20,000 nucleotides of DNA from Chiloscyllium plagiosum (lineage: Eukaryota): assembly GCF_004010195.1 (NCBI RefSeq), contig NW_025215227.1, positions 55,001-75,000 on the forward strand. Reading direction: 5' to 3'. Below are positions 1-20,000 of the stretch, piece after piece. Position numbers and translations under genes: made by a program. The notes under the pieces were generated by a model. It was not told where the DNA came from. It ran no database searches and saw only the letters and a list, made by a program, of their open reading frames with translations. Positions within the stretch are counted from its first letter, which is position 1. Each line of letters begins with the position of its first letter.

Positions 1-40
1 TCGATCACTAGCTGGACGGAAACGGCGCGGTCGCAGCAAA

Positions 41-19370
<19,330 letters not shown>

Positions 19371-19512
19371 CTTGTTGACCTATCATTTTGCAGTTTGTAA
19401 CTACGTTTGTAGTACATCAGAACAGGACATTTGAGACAACTTATATTTCAGTAAAACATATGAAAAATATTGCAATTGATTATTTTTCTTTTAAGGTTTT
19501 GTTACTTATCAG

Positions 19513-19538
19513 AATAAACTTACTGTAACACCAATAAA
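19513..19538 (+). terminator. Two tandem polyadenylation signals
   Basis: AATAAA at 19513-19518 and 19533-19538, 140-165 nt after the stop, followed by GT/T-rich sequence (TTGTTGTTT near 19569). Confidence 0.8.
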
Positions 19539-19648
19539 CCCTTCATGTATTACTAATGTTTGGAAGCTTGTTGTTTATTAAGAAGAAATGCCTAACACTT
19601 TGCAAGGCATTTTATATGATTATGGTCAAATTTCTTTTAAGTATAGTT

Positions 19649-20000
19649 ATAAGACCGTAAGATGTAGGTACATTAATAGGCTATTCAGCCCAATGAGTCT
19701 GCTCTGCCATTCAGAGCAAACATGGTTGATCTGATAATACTCAATTCCACTTTTCCCCATTATACTCCATAATCCTTGATTTCTTCACTGACTAATAATC
19801 TGTCTATCTCAGCCTTGAATATATTTAATTATCCAACCTCAACAGCCCCCTCTGGTAAAGAATTCCATTGATTCCCAAACCTCTGGGAGAAGGAATTCCT
19901 CCTCATCTATGTCTGAACTATGTAACCCTTTATTCTCAGATTATGATCTCTAGATCTAGATTAATCCATAAAGTGAGACAACTTTTCCTTACCTTCCCTG
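19649..20000 (-). mobile_element. CR1 LINE 3' end downstream of the gene (runs off the window)
   Basis: ATAAGACCGTAAGAT.TAGG...GGCTATTCAGCCC..TGAGTCTGCTCTGCCATTC is a reverse-complement CR1 3' terminus; GGGAGAAGGAATTCCTCCTCATCT corresponds to MRRNxFSQR. Confidence 0.85.

Overview
Eukaryotic genomic DNA, inferred to be from a cartilaginous fish (shark-like) on the basis of HE1/V-SINE, CR1 and Penelope repeat content. The window contains the complete coding structure of one gene on the + strand: PSMA1 (20S proteasome alpha subunit type 1, alpha6). Ten coding exons (41-43, 4579-4623, 11033-11134, 15298-15401, 16078-16166, 16398-16468, 16727-16856, 16975-17054, 18444-18548, 19311-19370) splice into an open 789-nt CDS (262 aa, MFRNQYDNDVTVWSPQ...EEPMEH). 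Intron 5 is a U12-type GT-AG intron, and intron 1 carries two ARE (Nrf1/Nrf2-sMaf) motifs. The introns are filled with decayed retroelements: CR1/L2 LINE fragments, a tRNA-derived SINE, and several Penelope-like families. The most notable unannotated signal is a set of minimal hammerhead-ribozyme motifs (CTGATGA-stem II-GAAA-palindromic stem III-UH) in the Penelope pseudo-LTRs. These include young palindromic non-autonomous copies with 12-14 bp target-site duplications, a constant ~37-nt unpaired tail, and a 4x19-bp array of the ribozyme 5' half. Most ORFs in the supplied track are TE remnants, exon read-throughs or noise.
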